From a virus (lineage: Duplodnaviria > Caudoviricetes), in the IMG/VR virus record IMGVR_UViG_2791355221_000001, positions 1 to 64,000 of that record: a stretch of DNA of 64,000 bases; one strand, 5' to 3'. The translations under genes were made by a program, and so were the position numbers. The number at the start of each line of letters is the position of its first letter. The first letter of the stretch is position 1. Below the pieces are notes generated by a model. That model was not told the origin of the DNA. It saw only the letters and a program-made list of their open reading frames with translations, and did no database searches. This document shows, piece after piece, positions 48,032 to 57,667 of this stretch.

Positions 48032-50614
48032 TTATAAGTGTGTAAATTTTGATGAAAAAGCTGATAAAAACAGGTTTTTATGTGATGCATGCAATACGCT
48101 TAGAAGTCTAGATGCAATTTTATCCTTCTTGTTTTTTGATAATTTTAATAAGATTGCATACATCGTTTCATTGCTCATTTTAAGTTTATCAATATAAAAC
48201 TTATAGTATTTGACAATATCGTCAACCCTTCTGTCTGTTTCTTCTTCAGTTAGATTGCTTGCATATGTATTGTTAATTTTAGAAACCATATTCTCTACAT
48301 AACTAAAAACCCTCGACTCCTGCCTGCGAAGACTGTCTTTGATATCATAATTTACGAGAAGGTCTTTTATGGGGATGTCATTTTTCCGATCTGCGTAACT
48401 CAGTCCTGTCATTTCTTCGAAGAGTAAGTCCATTGGACAATCATATTTTGTTGTTTCAATATCTCTATTTTGACTAACATACTTCCAGAACAGAGGTTTT
48501 TCTTTTTTAAGTTCACTCGTCTTACTAACATAATCAATTTCTTTATTAATATTGATATCAAACATTTTTTTTGCAAGATCTATGCATATCCCCGATAGTA
48601 CTGTAACAACATCCACTTTTTTCATCAGTCCAATCAATTCGCTCTCTGAGTGTCCATTATTCAGCAAGTCCCAATACCTCGACATACACAACTGTCCTGT
48701 ATTTACTGTTCTGCCAATATATCTTTGACTGTTGGACAGTTCGTTATCAATGATAGCCATATCTTCATTAGAAACTTTATATTTCTTTTTGCTACTTTTT
48801 ACTTTGTTTATACAGACATTATACTTTTCAAATAGCTTTTTACTGATAGACAATAAGTGGTCGTTATCAATTAATAGCACAGTGTCTGAGTCATAATCAC
48901 ATCCAGACAATATGTCTTGAAGGGGAAATCCTATAGCATTAACGCACACTATATTGTCCGTTAAGTTAAAATAATTTTCTATATCTTTATTGTTTATATT
49001 ATTTGCAACTAGAACATTGCTTGGACTTGTATGCGGATTTCGAAATCCTGTGATCTCTTTAAAGTCGAACATTGTGGTATATACTTCATTATAATTCAAG
49101 GCCAAAGATTTTGGATTCTTTATATTGAGTTCTCCTATAGCATGATATAAGAACTCCATGGGATTGCCCAGCATTACACAGTAATCTCCGCGGAGTCTAA
49201 CCTTGCCGTTTTTAATATGCGTTACATGTCCATTTATTATCTCTGTTCTAAATTTTCTGAATATTTTCGTCTGAGATATTTCGTCATTATGCTCATACAA
49301 ATCTGCAAACATTTTATTGCAATTTATATCGTTAGCATTATCTCTTATGTAGGCAGCAAAGAAATCATCATTGTTTTTTAATTGATCTATAAATTCTTTC
49401 TCTAGTTCTGTAAATTTTGCCACATCTTCTTTAGTCATAGGGAGAGAATTTAACATTTGGTAACTAGTCTGCTGGATTATGTTTCCATCACTTCCGAATC
49501 CAAGTTTAGATTTTTTTTCATTCTTGCATACTCCGAACACACATTTATCCTTGATAACAATTCTCTTCCAATAATCCCACATCTTCTTGGGAGATCCTAC
49601 TATTTTGTTGAATTTCAAAGCTTTAAGGCTACTCGGTGTTGTTATAAGATGGATGTCTTTAGCGAATACCTTTTCACCTTTAAACATGCTTTGCAGTTTC
49701 CAGTCTTCGTATTTAATGCCATTAGGACATTTAGACCTTAAGAATTCCTGTATGTTGCAGTTGAATGCGGCACTTTTAAACATATGGTTTCTTAGCAACA
49801 TCATTGACTTACCATCGGAAAAATACATAGCATCGAGAAGTGACTCTCCGTCAAATAAACTATTTCTAATTTCTGATTCTTCTGTGAAACTGTCTAAGTA
49901 CCCATCTTTGCCAGTACGAACAACATTTGAAATTCGAGTAAATTTACTTTCAACATCTTCTAACATCAATATATTATTTGGATGAATTGTTACTGTGCTT
50001 TCAATTGATGATCCAACAAGGCTTTCATAGGCGAGAAGAGAGGGGAAATCAACTTCATCTGCTTGTGGCCTGTTTCTAAATTCAAGGTTCATGCGACTCC
50101 ATTTAATCATAGGATCATACAATTTCTCTTTAATAAAAAGACACTGACCAATTCTCGACTTCGCACTAGATCTTTTGTAAACAACATATTTTACACCATT
50201 ATAAATAAATCCTTCTGTGTAGAGTTTCTTCCTTAATTCACTATAGGATACTTCGCGCCACTTTTCTTCTTTAATTTGTGACTCAATTAATTGAACGAAT
50301 TCGCTCAGTTTTTGTTTATAGTCAGATTTATTGTCGTCGAGCATATGTACTTTTGCAGTTAATTTCTTAATGAGACTATTGCCAGAGTGTACTTTTTGTT
50401 TGAACTTTACATTTATAATATCTGAAGATATTAATTTACCATTTGCCTTCTTTGGTGATAACTTTAATCCTGTCGCAATAAGCTTATTCAATTCGAGACT
50501 CGAAGGAATCATACCTATGTATTTAAGTTCAAGTTCTCTACCTCTAAACATATAATTAAATATGTCACTACCTTCAATTGAAGGTATATATACAGGCTTA
50601 CTCAATTCCGTCAA
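48032..50614 (-). CDS. yonO: YonO-type single-subunit DNA-dependent RNA polymerase (double-psi barrel, RdRP-related)
   Basis: YKRSSAKSR.G.CLFI, LFDGESLLD, LLRNHMFK, SYQMLNSL, FRNPH, LSGCDYDSD catalytic triad, IDLAKK; adjacent to HU/YonK/YonJ as in SPbeta. Confidence 0.9.
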   Translation of the reverse strand: MTELSKPVYIPSIEGSDIFNYMFRGRELELKYIGMIPSSLELNKLIATGLKLSPKKANGKLISSDIINVKFKQKVHSGNSLIKKLTAKVHMLDDNKSDYKQKLSEFVQLIESQIKEEKWREVSYSELRKKLYTEGFIYNGVKYVVYKRSSAKSRIGQCLFIKEKLYDPMIKWSRMNLEFRNRPQADEVDFPSLLAYESLVGSSIESTVTIHPNNILMLEDVESKFTRISNVVRTGKDGYLDSFTEESEIRNSLFDGESLLDAMYFSDGKSMMLLRNHMFKSAAFNCNIQEFLRSKCPNGIKYEDWKLQSMFKGEKVFAKDIHLITTPSSLKALKFNKIVGSPKKMWDYWKRIVIKDKCVFGVCKNEKKSKLGFGSDGNIIQQTSYQMLNSLPMTKEDVAKFTELEKEFIDQLKNNDDFFAAYIRDNANDINCNKMFADLYEHNDEISQTKIFRKFRTEIINGHVTHIKNGKVRLRGDYCVMLGNPMEFLYHAIGELNIKNPKSLALNYNEVYTTMFDFKEITGFRNPHTSPSNVLVANNINNKDIENYFNLTDNIVCVNAIGFPLQDILSGCDYDSDTVLLIDNDHLLSISKKLFEKYNVCINKVKSSKKKYKVSNEDMAIIDNELSNSQRYIGRTVNTGQLCMSRYWDLLNNGHSESELIGLMKKVDVVTVLSGICIDLAKKMFDININKEIDYVSKTSELKKEKPLFWKYVSQNRDIETTKYDCPMDLLFEEMTGLSYADRKNDIPIKDLLVNYDIKDSLRRQESRVFSYVENMVSKINNTYASNLTEEETDRRVDDIVKYYKFYIDKLKMSNETMYAILLKLSKNKKDKIASRLLSVLHASHKNLFLSAFSSKFTHL

Positions 50615-50640
50615 TATTAGAATCCTCCTCTAATGGTTAA

Positions 50641-50874
50641 TTATTTAATTTCCAATTTTTCATATGTATTATTCTTCAACATAATCAACTCATCATCATA
50701 TGTATCATTCAAATCTTCCAAATATAACCTATCATCATATGTATTACATTTAATTACCTCGTTCCATTCTTCCCAACTATAGTGTTCTCCATTGTAATCT
50801 ACTATTGAATCCCAGTAGCCATCCTGCCAAGTATAGATAGAAGATCCCTGTCTTCGTTGTTGTTTCTTTCTCAT
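50641..50874 (-). CDS. Small acidic, aromatic-rich protein upstream of the RNAP
   Basis: SD AAGGAG; same direction as yonO. Confidence 0.5.
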   Translation of the reverse strand: MRKKQQRRQGSSIYTWQDGYWDSIVDYNGEHYSWEEWNEVIKCNTYDDRLYLEDLNDTYDDELIMLKNNTYEKLEIK

Positions 50875-50975
50875 TTAATCATTTAAACTCCTTTATTCTT
50901 TTATTTTTATTTTTAACTATTTATTGTAATTATTTTTTTCTTTTAGTAAAACGGTTTTAATCACCTCCCACTAAT

Positions 50976-51005
50976 AACTTACCACGAATTTACAAATGAT
51001 GTCAA
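50976..51005 (-). promoter_or_regulatory. SigA-type promoter for the RNAP operon
   Basis: TTGACA-18 nt-TAAGTT with TG extension. Confidence 0.55.
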
Positions 51006-51069
51006 TGTTATTTTTATTTTATAAAATGAAAAGGGGCTGCAGTTCACAGCTCCCAATGAAAGATTGCTT

Positions 51070-53325
51070 TCATTTGATTTTGGCAAGTTCTGATTTTCTC
51101 TGATCCTCACTTAATACCATCTCATAGCCTTTTGCCTTAGACCTATGCTTCAACAACCACCCTAAATCAACGAGAGACATCATCATTTCGCTTACTTTCT
51201 CTGAGCGCACACCAAGACACTTCTGCAACACAGTTACACGTGTTTCTCCACTTTCCAATATGGTTCGTTTCAACTTAGTCATATCTTCATCTTCAGGTGC
51301 CGCCTCGCTATCTATACTAAGCGTCTCTTTCTTGAAGTTTCCTTTCCAATATCCTGCCAAATGCTCGATGATTCGGTCTTGCTCATCGTCATCTCTGCCA
51401 ATCAATGCACCTTGGAATCTCACTAATCCTTGAATTCCTTCAAAACTCAGTAGTCCATCACCTCGGCCTAAGAGTTGCATCTTCGGAACTTCATCTAAAG
51501 CAACCTTATAACTCGTTCCATCAGCACAAGTGAAACAAACGCGAGATGGGATATTTCCTTTGATGAGAGAAGTGACTACAGTGGCGAGAGGCTTTTGTGT
51601 TGCAACAATGAGATAGATTCCACTAGCCCTCGATTTTTGTGCCAACAATATTATTTGTTTTTCTAAGGCTGGCATTGTCATTATCAAATCAGCTAATTCG
51701 TCAATGACAATAACGATATAGGGGAGGCGTTCCTTTTCATTTTTATTAAACTGCTGAATATTTTTATATCCTTTCTTAGCGAGGAGAGTATATCTATCCT
51801 CCATTTTTTCGACCATTGCTACAAGTGAAAGGAATGCTTCTTTATTATCAGTTACAACGTCCATCACATGAGGGTATTTTCTATAGCCTGCCAACTCAAC
51901 TTGCTTAGGATCGATAAGTAGCATTTGGAGGTGTTTTGGCGATCTCAGCAACATCATAATAACTAATAAGCAATTCAGGAACACACTCTTACCTGAACCC
52001 TGAGATCCAGCAATAAGCAAATTTCGAATCCGAGTCAAGTCATCATAAATAATCTCACCATCGGAGCCAATGCCAGCAATAAAAGGTATTTCACTGTTCT
52101 TAATGAATTTTTGAAATTCAGGATTCTCTAAACAATCTCTGATGAATACTTTTTCTCTTACATCTTGGGGAATGACAACCGAAACTGTTGATGGCTCTTT
52201 CCCTTGTTCTATATTAATGTGACTCAATGCGAGTTCGGTTTGTATATCTGGAATAGACTTTTGCAACTGTGATAATCTAAGTCCTTCAGGTAAATTGAAA
52301 TTTATTCTTCGAACAGTTGATCCATGTTGAATAGAGTTAATTTTTATTTGGGTGTCTTTTATCAAGTTTAATTTCTTAAATGCTTTATTGAATCTCTGTG
52401 CTACATTTTTATCATCTTCTCTTACAACTCTCTCACCTCTAGGAAATATTTCGTAAACATGAGAATTTTCATTTGTCTCTATTTCCTCTGGCGCAACCAT
52501 CAGTTGCTCAATTTTCTCTTCTTCATCAAACGAAGAGAAGAGGGGCAATAGTTCTGAAACACACATTATTAACTGTGTTGGGACAAATGGAGTTCTCCTC
52601 AAATTTATATCTCTAATAAACCTGCTTTTGTTCAACGGAATTCCCATAATCCAACTGTTCGAGTAATTCATTATTGAAAAACCTAACTTAACCTTTGCTG
52701 CTAATTGATTTCTCTTTTCTTTATTTCCACCATATATGGCAAATCTAATATATGTCTCATATCCTACCTCGGTGAACTTCTGTTCGGCTCCTTCGATCAT
52801 GGGATTCTTTCCAAAAAACTCTTCTTTATTCTGTAGGAATTCGAGTATACGATGTTGGATAGACCTAACTACTTTATTCTTAGTTGGTAACTCAATTCCA
52901 CTAATATAACTGTGGTATTGGAGCTTAGAATCGATTTGCCAGTCAACACCTTGAACCTTCTTCAATATTATTTGAATGATGATCTTTTCATCAGCTAAAG
53001 TTTTATCCGTATATTTGATAATCGAACTCATGATATTCTCTTCTAGTTGCATACGAAAAGGAAAACATATTGGCTTATAACTGCTCAACGAATAACATGA
53101 TAGTTCCTTTAGATCAGTTTGAATCATCAACTTCGGCTTTCTTTCTAGTTCCAAGTCCTCCATTTGTGAGAACAAGTATTTTTTTACCCTGTGCCTTGTA
53201 ATAAGCCATTCTAAACCAAGAGTCCCCTCCGATGAAGATAGAAGGGACTCAGCATATTCAAATGTGAGATCACCATAAATGAAAGTAGATGTGTCAACTG
53301 ACGCATTAAAGATGTTTAATTTCAT
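51070..53325 (-). CDS. FtsK/SpoIIIE-family DNA translocase with soluble N-terminal domain and gamma-like C-terminus
   Basis: LLIAGSQGSGKS, LIDPKQVEL, IVIVIDELADL, LAQKSRASGI.LIVATQKP, LLGRGDGL; C-terminal wHTH; no N-terminal TM segment. Confidence 0.9.
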   Translation of the reverse strand: MKLNIFNASVDTSTFIYGDLTFEYAESLLSSSEGTLGLEWLITRHRVKKYLFSQMEDLELERKPKLMIQTDLKELSCYSLSSYKPICFPFRMQLEENIMSSIIKYTDKTLADEKIIIQIILKKVQGVDWQIDSKLQYHSYISGIELPTKNKVVRSIQHRILEFLQNKEEFFGKNPMIEGAEQKFTEVGYETYIRFAIYGGNKEKRNQLAAKVKLGFSIMNYSNSWIMGIPLNKSRFIRDINLRRTPFVPTQLIMCVSELLPLFSSFDEEEKIEQLMVAPEEIETNENSHVYEIFPRGERVVREDDKNVAQRFNKAFKKLNLIKDTQIKINSIQHGSTVRRINFNLPEGLRLSQLQKSIPDIQTELALSHINIEQGKEPSTVSVVIPQDVREKVFIRDCLENPEFQKFIKNSEIPFIAGIGSDGEIIYDDLTRIRNLLIAGSQGSGKSVFLNCLLVIMMLLRSPKHLQMLLIDPKQVELAGYRKYPHVMDVVTDNKEAFLSLVAMVEKMEDRYTLLAKKGYKNIQQFNKNEKERLPYIVIVIDELADLIMTMPALEKQIILLAQKSRASGIYLIVATQKPLATVVTSLIKGNIPSRVCFTCADGTSYKVALDEVPKMQLLGRGDGLLSFEGIQGLVRFQGALIGRDDDEQDRIIEHLAGYWKGNFKKETLSIDSEAAPEDEDMTKLKRTILESGETRVTVLQKCLGVRSEKVSEMMMSLVDLGWLLKHRSKAKGYEMVLSEDQRKSELAKIK

Positions 53326-53425
53326 TTTTAAACACCCTTACACCAATTCGATACAGAATAATTATTACAACAGTTGTATTGGTCAATAGGGCAGTAGCGT
53401 TTAATATTAAAATAGCAGTAAGCAT
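53306..53425 (-). CDS. 39-aa hydrophobic peptide
   Basis: Read by hand (MLTAILILNATALLTNTTVVIIILYRIGVRVFK...); SD AGGAGG; overlaps the FtsK start. Confidence 0.55.
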   Translation of the reverse strand: MLTAILILNATALLTNTTVVIIILYRIGVRVFKNEIKHL

Positions 53426-53438
53426 ATGATACAACCTC

Positions 53439-54650
53439 CTAAGATTTATTCATCCATCTCCAAACATTACCCAAGATTCCTGCGGATTTAATTGCTACAT
53501 TTTCACTTTTGATTTTCATTTTTTTTGCTTTATTCCACACAGCTATCCTTTTACTATTCATATCTTTAACTGACTCTAGCATTCCACTGCCACGATCTGT
53601 TCCAGCTAACTGTGTCAGAACACTTGGTGGATGAGCGAGTGTGTGTATACCACCAATTGCTAAAATCATTTTTGAAATCACCCCTGTAGCAGTTGTTGGA
53701 TTGGGAGTTGCAAATAAAACTATCCCCAATAATGAGACAAATACTGCATATATGAGTTGTTTCTTGCAAGTGTCTTTAAGAGATACCAGCCAAGTATCAA
53801 AATAATGACGAGTATCATCAAATACATAGCAGCTCATTGAAAAGGGAGTTACGATGCCTTGAATTAGAATATTAAACCACCTACGACCATGAAAAGTAAT
53901 TAAGGGAAAGAATTGTACTATGACAAGTATTAAAAAAATGATCATTAATAGTACGTTTAAGAAATCAAACATTATTGAAGTTGAAAAAATACTCACAACA
54001 TCTTTACTTGCAATCTCCCCACCAGCTAAACCAGTAATAAAATGTGTAAGTTTGTTAAGCCATTTAATACCTTGCGTGAAGAGGAGTGGTGTGGCCGCTG
54101 AAACAGATAAAGCGATAGGAAATCTCTTTAATATGTTTTTCATGGATGTGTGCTTGCGATTAAATATGCACTTTATTCCTTGAATCATCGTAAGGATAGT
54201 CACAAGAGATACATTCACTGTTGTGAATTTAATAATTGCATCCGAAAACCAAGATCCTTCGAAAAGCCAGTCTGGTGTCATTAACACCACATCACATACA
54301 AATTGATAGACAGACTTAAATCCCCATTGAATTGCACTGTGAGTTGAAGTATTTACTAACGCCACTGTGTATAAGATAATTTCTTTAAACCATTCAGGGG
54401 CGTAGTGAGTTAGGGGCGCTGCGTTCACATGGTCATATAGAAATTTAGTGAAATCAATTTTGTCATCTGTTGTATCAGGTGTTGAGAGTGCTTGCTGATG
54501 TAAATTATCAGCAATTTCTGCAATTTTTGATTTAATGCCTAGCCACTCAGATATTGAGAAATGAGGAGCGGCTATATCAATCACATCAGAGACAATTTCA
54601 TCTTTGTGTTCTGCTACTAACGGAATGAATCCCTTTGGATTAAAGATCAT
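53439..54650 (-). CDS. Polytopic membrane protein, VirB6/TrbL-like
   Basis: 5-6 TM segments with RRWFNILIQGIVTPFSMSCYVFDDTRHYFDTW, resembling Gram-positive TrbL/VirB6. Start uncertain; ATG 54650 chosen. Confidence 0.6.
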   Translation of the reverse strand: MIFNPKGFIPLVAEHKDEIVSDVIDIAAPHFSISEWLGIKSKIAEIADNLHQQALSTPDTTDDKIDFTKFLYDHVNAAPLTHYAPEWFKEIILYTVALVNTSTHSAIQWGFKSVYQFVCDVVLMTPDWLFEGSWFSDAIIKFTTVNVSLVTILTMIQGIKCIFNRKHTSMKNILKRFPIALSVSAATPLLFTQGIKWLNKLTHFITGLAGGEIASKDVVSIFSTSIMFDFLNVLLMIIFLILVIVQFFPLITFHGRRWFNILIQGIVTPFSMSCYVFDDTRHYFDTWLVSLKDTCKKQLIYAVFVSLLGIVLFATPNPTTATGVISKMILAIGGIHTLAHPPSVLTQLAGTDRGSGMLESVKDMNSKRIAVWNKAKKMKIKSENVAIKSAGILGNVWRWMNKS

Positions 54651-54691
54651 ATCGGAGAATGAAGGAATAGATGCAAAGCCTGCAATCCTAG

Positions 54692-55219
54692 TTACATTTG
54701 AAACCAAGCTTGAATTGGTTTTACGAGAGGATGAAAGGCTGGTATCGTAGAGAACAGCAGCATTGCGAGTCCAACTACCAAGGCAACACTGACTGGTGCG
54801 AGAAGTACTTGGGCTAATCCTCTGTAAATGTTCTGTCGCCATTGATCTGCAGAAGAGCCCCCAAAAAACATTTTCCAGACTCCTGCTAGCATCAAGGCTA
54901 CAACTGAAGCAAGCACTCCCAATCCTGCCACTGACAACATTAGAATGATCAGCGTATTTACTAAATCTGGGTCTATATTGGGTGGTGTTGGAGTGGGAGC
55001 CATAGTTTCTGCCATTGTTGGATCTGCAAGCATTAACATTGACAAGCACACCATTGACGTTGTGGAAAGTAGATTTTTGAACTTTTTCGCTTGCTTCGGG
55101 TTTGATTTCACCTCGCTCTCTAGAATGGCAAGAAAATTTATCTTTACGTATTCTCTTGGTCTTAACTCTAGTGGTTTGATATCAACGGACGGTGATCTCG
55201 CTATGAGCATCGTTTTCAT
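54692..55219 (-). CDS. VirB2/TrbC pilin-like membrane protein
   Basis: Leader-like segment, then a TM hairpin with AG..KM......A..W..NI..GL...LLAP; SD AGGAGG. Confidence 0.55.
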   Translation of the reverse strand: MKTMLIARSPSVDIKPLELRPREYVKINFLAILESEVKSNPKQAKKFKNLLSTTSMVCLSMLMLADPTMAETMAPTPTPPNIDPDLVNTLIILMLSVAGLGVLASVVALMLAGVWKMFFGGSSADQWRQNIYRGLAQVLLAPVSVALVVGLAMLLFSTIPAFHPLVKPIQAWFQM

Positions 55220-55358
55220 GGATACCTCCTCCTTTCTTTTTGAAGGATGGTTTCTTATTTATAAGATTTTCAACATATATGATTCCAAGAACGCCACCTA
55301 TAAAAATGAATATCTTGATTCCTAACTTTATAACCGCAATTGTAGTTACCGTTTCCAT
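55182..55358 (-). CDS. Small single-TM protein
   Basis: SD GGAGGTG before ATG 55358; IKLGIKIFIFIGGVLGIIYV. Confidence 0.6.
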   Translation of the reverse strand: METVTTIAVIKLGIKIFIFIGGVLGIIYVENLINKKPSFKKKGGGIHENDAHSEITVR

Positions 55359-55428
55359 TGCCAAACACCTCCGAGTATACAAACCGAAAATATGAGCATT
55401 CTAAGTGAATAAAAAGGAGTGTGATTTA

Positions 55429-55590
55429 ATGTTTTTTAATAACCTATTTACCACAATGATTGGGAAACCAAAATGGAAGATAGAATTTGAAGAAAATATT
55501 ATTGAAATTGAGATGAAGACTGGATTGACTAGAGAAGAGTTAGTTAGGGTGGCTAATGTTTTGGAGGAAATGAGGATAATAAAACCTTAA
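55429..55590 (+). CDS. Small hypothetical protein on the opposite strand
   Basis: SD AAAAGGAG before ATG 55429; followed by an inverted repeat. Confidence 0.5.
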   Translation: MFFNNLFTTMIGKPKWKIEFEENIIEIEMKTGLTREELVRVANVLEEMRIIKP

Positions 55591-55691
55591 ACCGCCAATT
55601 TTCCAAAATATAGGGATCGATATGTAGGGGAAGGGGCTGAAAAATGGCGGTTTGTTTGTAATTAGGTGAGTAGGGGATTGGGGAATACGGA

Positions 55692-55838
55692 TTAACCCAC
55701 TTGTTTTTCTGTGTCAGAATCAACTTCCTGATCTTTTACCGTGTTAAGAATATTATCAAAACCTTGCGGTGTGAGATAAACATTAACGCCTTGCTTTTGT
55801 AATTCAATCAAAAACTCCACCATATTTACATTTTTCAT
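55692..55838 (-). CDS. 48-aa hypothetical protein
   Basis: Read by hand (MKNVNMVEFLIELQKQGVNVYLTPQGF...); SD GGAGCGTGG. Confidence 0.45.
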   Translation of the reverse strand: MKNVNMVEFLIELQKQGVNVYLTPQGFDNILNTVKDQEVDSDTEKQVG

Positions 55839-55867
55839 ATCGACCACGCTCCATTATTTTTATTTGA

Positions 55868-56002
55868 CTAAGCAGATAAGTCCGCGTTTTGCTCCTCTTC
55901 TAATGCAATTCTCCAGAATTCCACCCATCCATCATCTGTTAAATATGGTTCTCTACCATTTTTCATAATTTCTAGTATTTCTCTAATTAATGTTTGTGCC
56001 AT
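55868..56002 (-). CDS. 44-aa hypothetical protein
   Basis: Read by hand (MAQTLIREILEIMKNGREPYL...); SD AAAGGAGAG. Confidence 0.55.
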   Translation of the reverse strand: MAQTLIREILEIMKNGREPYLTDDGWVEFWRIALEEEQNADLSA

Positions 56003-56022
56003 GAAGTACACTCTCCTTTTTG

Positions 56023-56238
56023 TTAAAAAATCCAATCAACTAAATGATTTATTGCTTTGATAATGTAATGTGGTGCATTTATCGGATTCATGTCTGCACT
56101 TATAAGATGTGAGCCACCAACAGACAACTCTACATTAATGCTTTGTGTAATCACTTTTGTTAATTCATTTGAAGCTTCAATGTAGGTTTGTGCAAATGAG
56201 TCAACTTCAAGCGGAGCGTTGTTGATTCTGATTAGCAT
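56023..56238 (-). CDS. Hypothetical protein
   Basis: ORF track; operon context. Confidence 0.45.
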   Translation of the reverse strand: MLIRINNAPLEVDSFAQTYIEASNELTKVITQSINVELSVGGSHLISADMNPINAPHYIIKAINHLVDWIF

Positions 56239-56380
56239 TATGTTTCACCATCTTTCCATGATCTATTATTTTATAAACCATCCATGCTCCCATTACCCAA
56301 TAACGATATGGTGGAAATGCAACATAAACAATGATAGTTGCCGCGGACAACAATAGCTTTGCTCCAGTTCTCGATTTCAT
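56207..56380 (-). CDS. 57-aa membrane peptide
   Basis: Read by hand (MKSRTGAKLLLSAATIIVYVAFPPYRYWVMGAWMVY...); SD GAGGTGA. Confidence 0.55.
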   Translation of the reverse strand: MKSRTGAKLLLSAATIIVYVAFPPYRYWVMGAWMVYKIIDHGKMVKHNANQNQQRSA

Positions 56381-56395
56381 TTGTATTCACCTCAT

Positions 56396-56629
56396 TTACA
56401 CGTTAATAATGCTCATTACATCATCGACACTTATATCATTTTGAACTGTGTCCATTGAAAAGCCACTCTTCGCACTACCTATCATACCCATTTTTCTTAA
56501 AAACAACGTCTCCCTGATAAAGCTGCTACGATTTTTTGTTTCTTCGTCTATCCATTCCAATAAATCCATATGCGATTTGTTCTCAGGATTCAAGGCGACC
56601 TGCAGGCAAATTTGTTTTTGATTATCCAT
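56396..56629 (-). CDS. ParR-like adaptor (ribbon-helix-helix-like)
   Basis: LLEWIDE..KNRSSFIRETL; overlaps the ParM stop; acidic tail. Confidence 0.6.
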   Translation of the reverse strand: MDNQKQICLQVALNPENKSHMDLLEWIDEETKNRSSFIRETLFLRKMGMIGSAKSGFSMDTVQNDISVDDVMSIINV

Positions 56630-57428
56630 ATGCTCTCTCTCCTAGTGCAAAGTTTCCTATTGCATTGGCATATTCGTAGTTATTATGGATGGTTGGATTG
56701 CTTTCAGGATAGATATCTCGAACATACTTGAACATATCAGGTGCCTTACCTCCAATAAGCAGCATTTTCTTACTTGTGCTGTCATTCCATCGCTTTTCCA
56801 TTTGATTTTTTAGTGAAAGCATTAATGAGGAACAATCATGATCAACCATTGATTCAAATCCAAACTCAAAGGTTTTAGAGCGTTTATCAATAAGTTTTCG
56901 CTTTCTTACTGATATGCCATGAATAGTAGAGCTGCCGAAATCCCATATGTTGCAATCATCAGGTAAGTTTGCATCAGAATAATAAGCACTAAGACCTTCA
57001 GGACAAACTCCGACATTTCGAATATGGAGTTTAAAAGGTTTTTCATTTACTTTAAATTCTCTATATCCTGAAAGTAGGTTCTTAAGGTTCTCTCGTTCCT
57101 TCTTAGTGTTGATTCCAAACGGATTCCCTACTACTAGGTTAAACACGTCACAGGGCAACCTCGAAAGTTCTACGAGTAGATTCAAATGTGTAACAAGATT
57201 TGATTTGCCCATATCCTCCGAATTAAGAAAGTTCTGCCCCTCACGATCTGCTAAATCTCCAGCAAAGTACATCTGATTGTTGTATTCAATGATTAGATTA
57301 TTATCATCCAATTGAATGTTATCTTTTATTTCTCTATAAGTGGCAATCTTACTTAAATGACCCTGTACGCCACCTTTCCATTTTATTTTTGTACGATACT
57401 TGCCAATATCAGCACCTACAGTTAGCAT
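56622..57428 (-). CDS. ParM/StbA-family actin-like ATPase
   Basis: GADIGKYRTK, VCPEGLSAY, WDFGSSTIH, LIGG, YANAIG. Confidence 0.85.
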   Translation of the reverse strand: MLTVGADIGKYRTKIKWKGGVQGHLSKIATYREIKDNIQLDDNNLIIEYNNQMYFAGDLADREGQNFLNSEDMGKSNLVTHLNLLVELSRLPCDVFNLVVGNPFGINTKKERENLKNLLSGYREFKVNEKPFKLHIRNVGVCPEGLSAYYSDANLPDDCNIWDFGSSTIHGISVRKRKLIDKRSKTFEFGFESMVDHDCSSLMLSLKNQMEKRWNDSTSKKMLLIGGKAPDMFKYVRDIYPESNPTIHNNYEYANAIGNFALGERAYG

Positions 57429-57667
57429 TTTTACTTACCTCCTATCTAGATAGTATCTATCTGTGATTTATACGATTATTGCTGCGATTTATATTAAGTG
57501 GATAATATCTTTGCTTCGATAAATTCACTATAAACTCGACATTTTGTCCCTAGCAATAGGGTCTACTTGTACTTTTTTCGGAAAGTTTGCAATGCTTGTT
57601 TCAAAAGTTAGTATAAAAAACAAATAGTTTGTCCATCCTAATTAAAAAAACAAAAGGATGGATGCAT

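Noticed and set aside
48032-50614. RNA-dependent RNA polymerase / RNA-silencing system
   Set aside because: Motifs and synteny fit the DNA-dependent YonO family.
54651-55049. N-terminal ~130 aa of the 536-aa ORF as real protein
   Set aside because: Alternate-frame reading of the pilin-like gene with atypical Ser/Arg/Cys-rich composition and no SD.
55385-57600. Sporulation sigma promoters or Spo0A boxes driving the FtsK/ParM operon
   Set aside because: Only partial matches (CATATTTT near 55390, TGTCGAG near 57538) with poor spacing; not enough to call.
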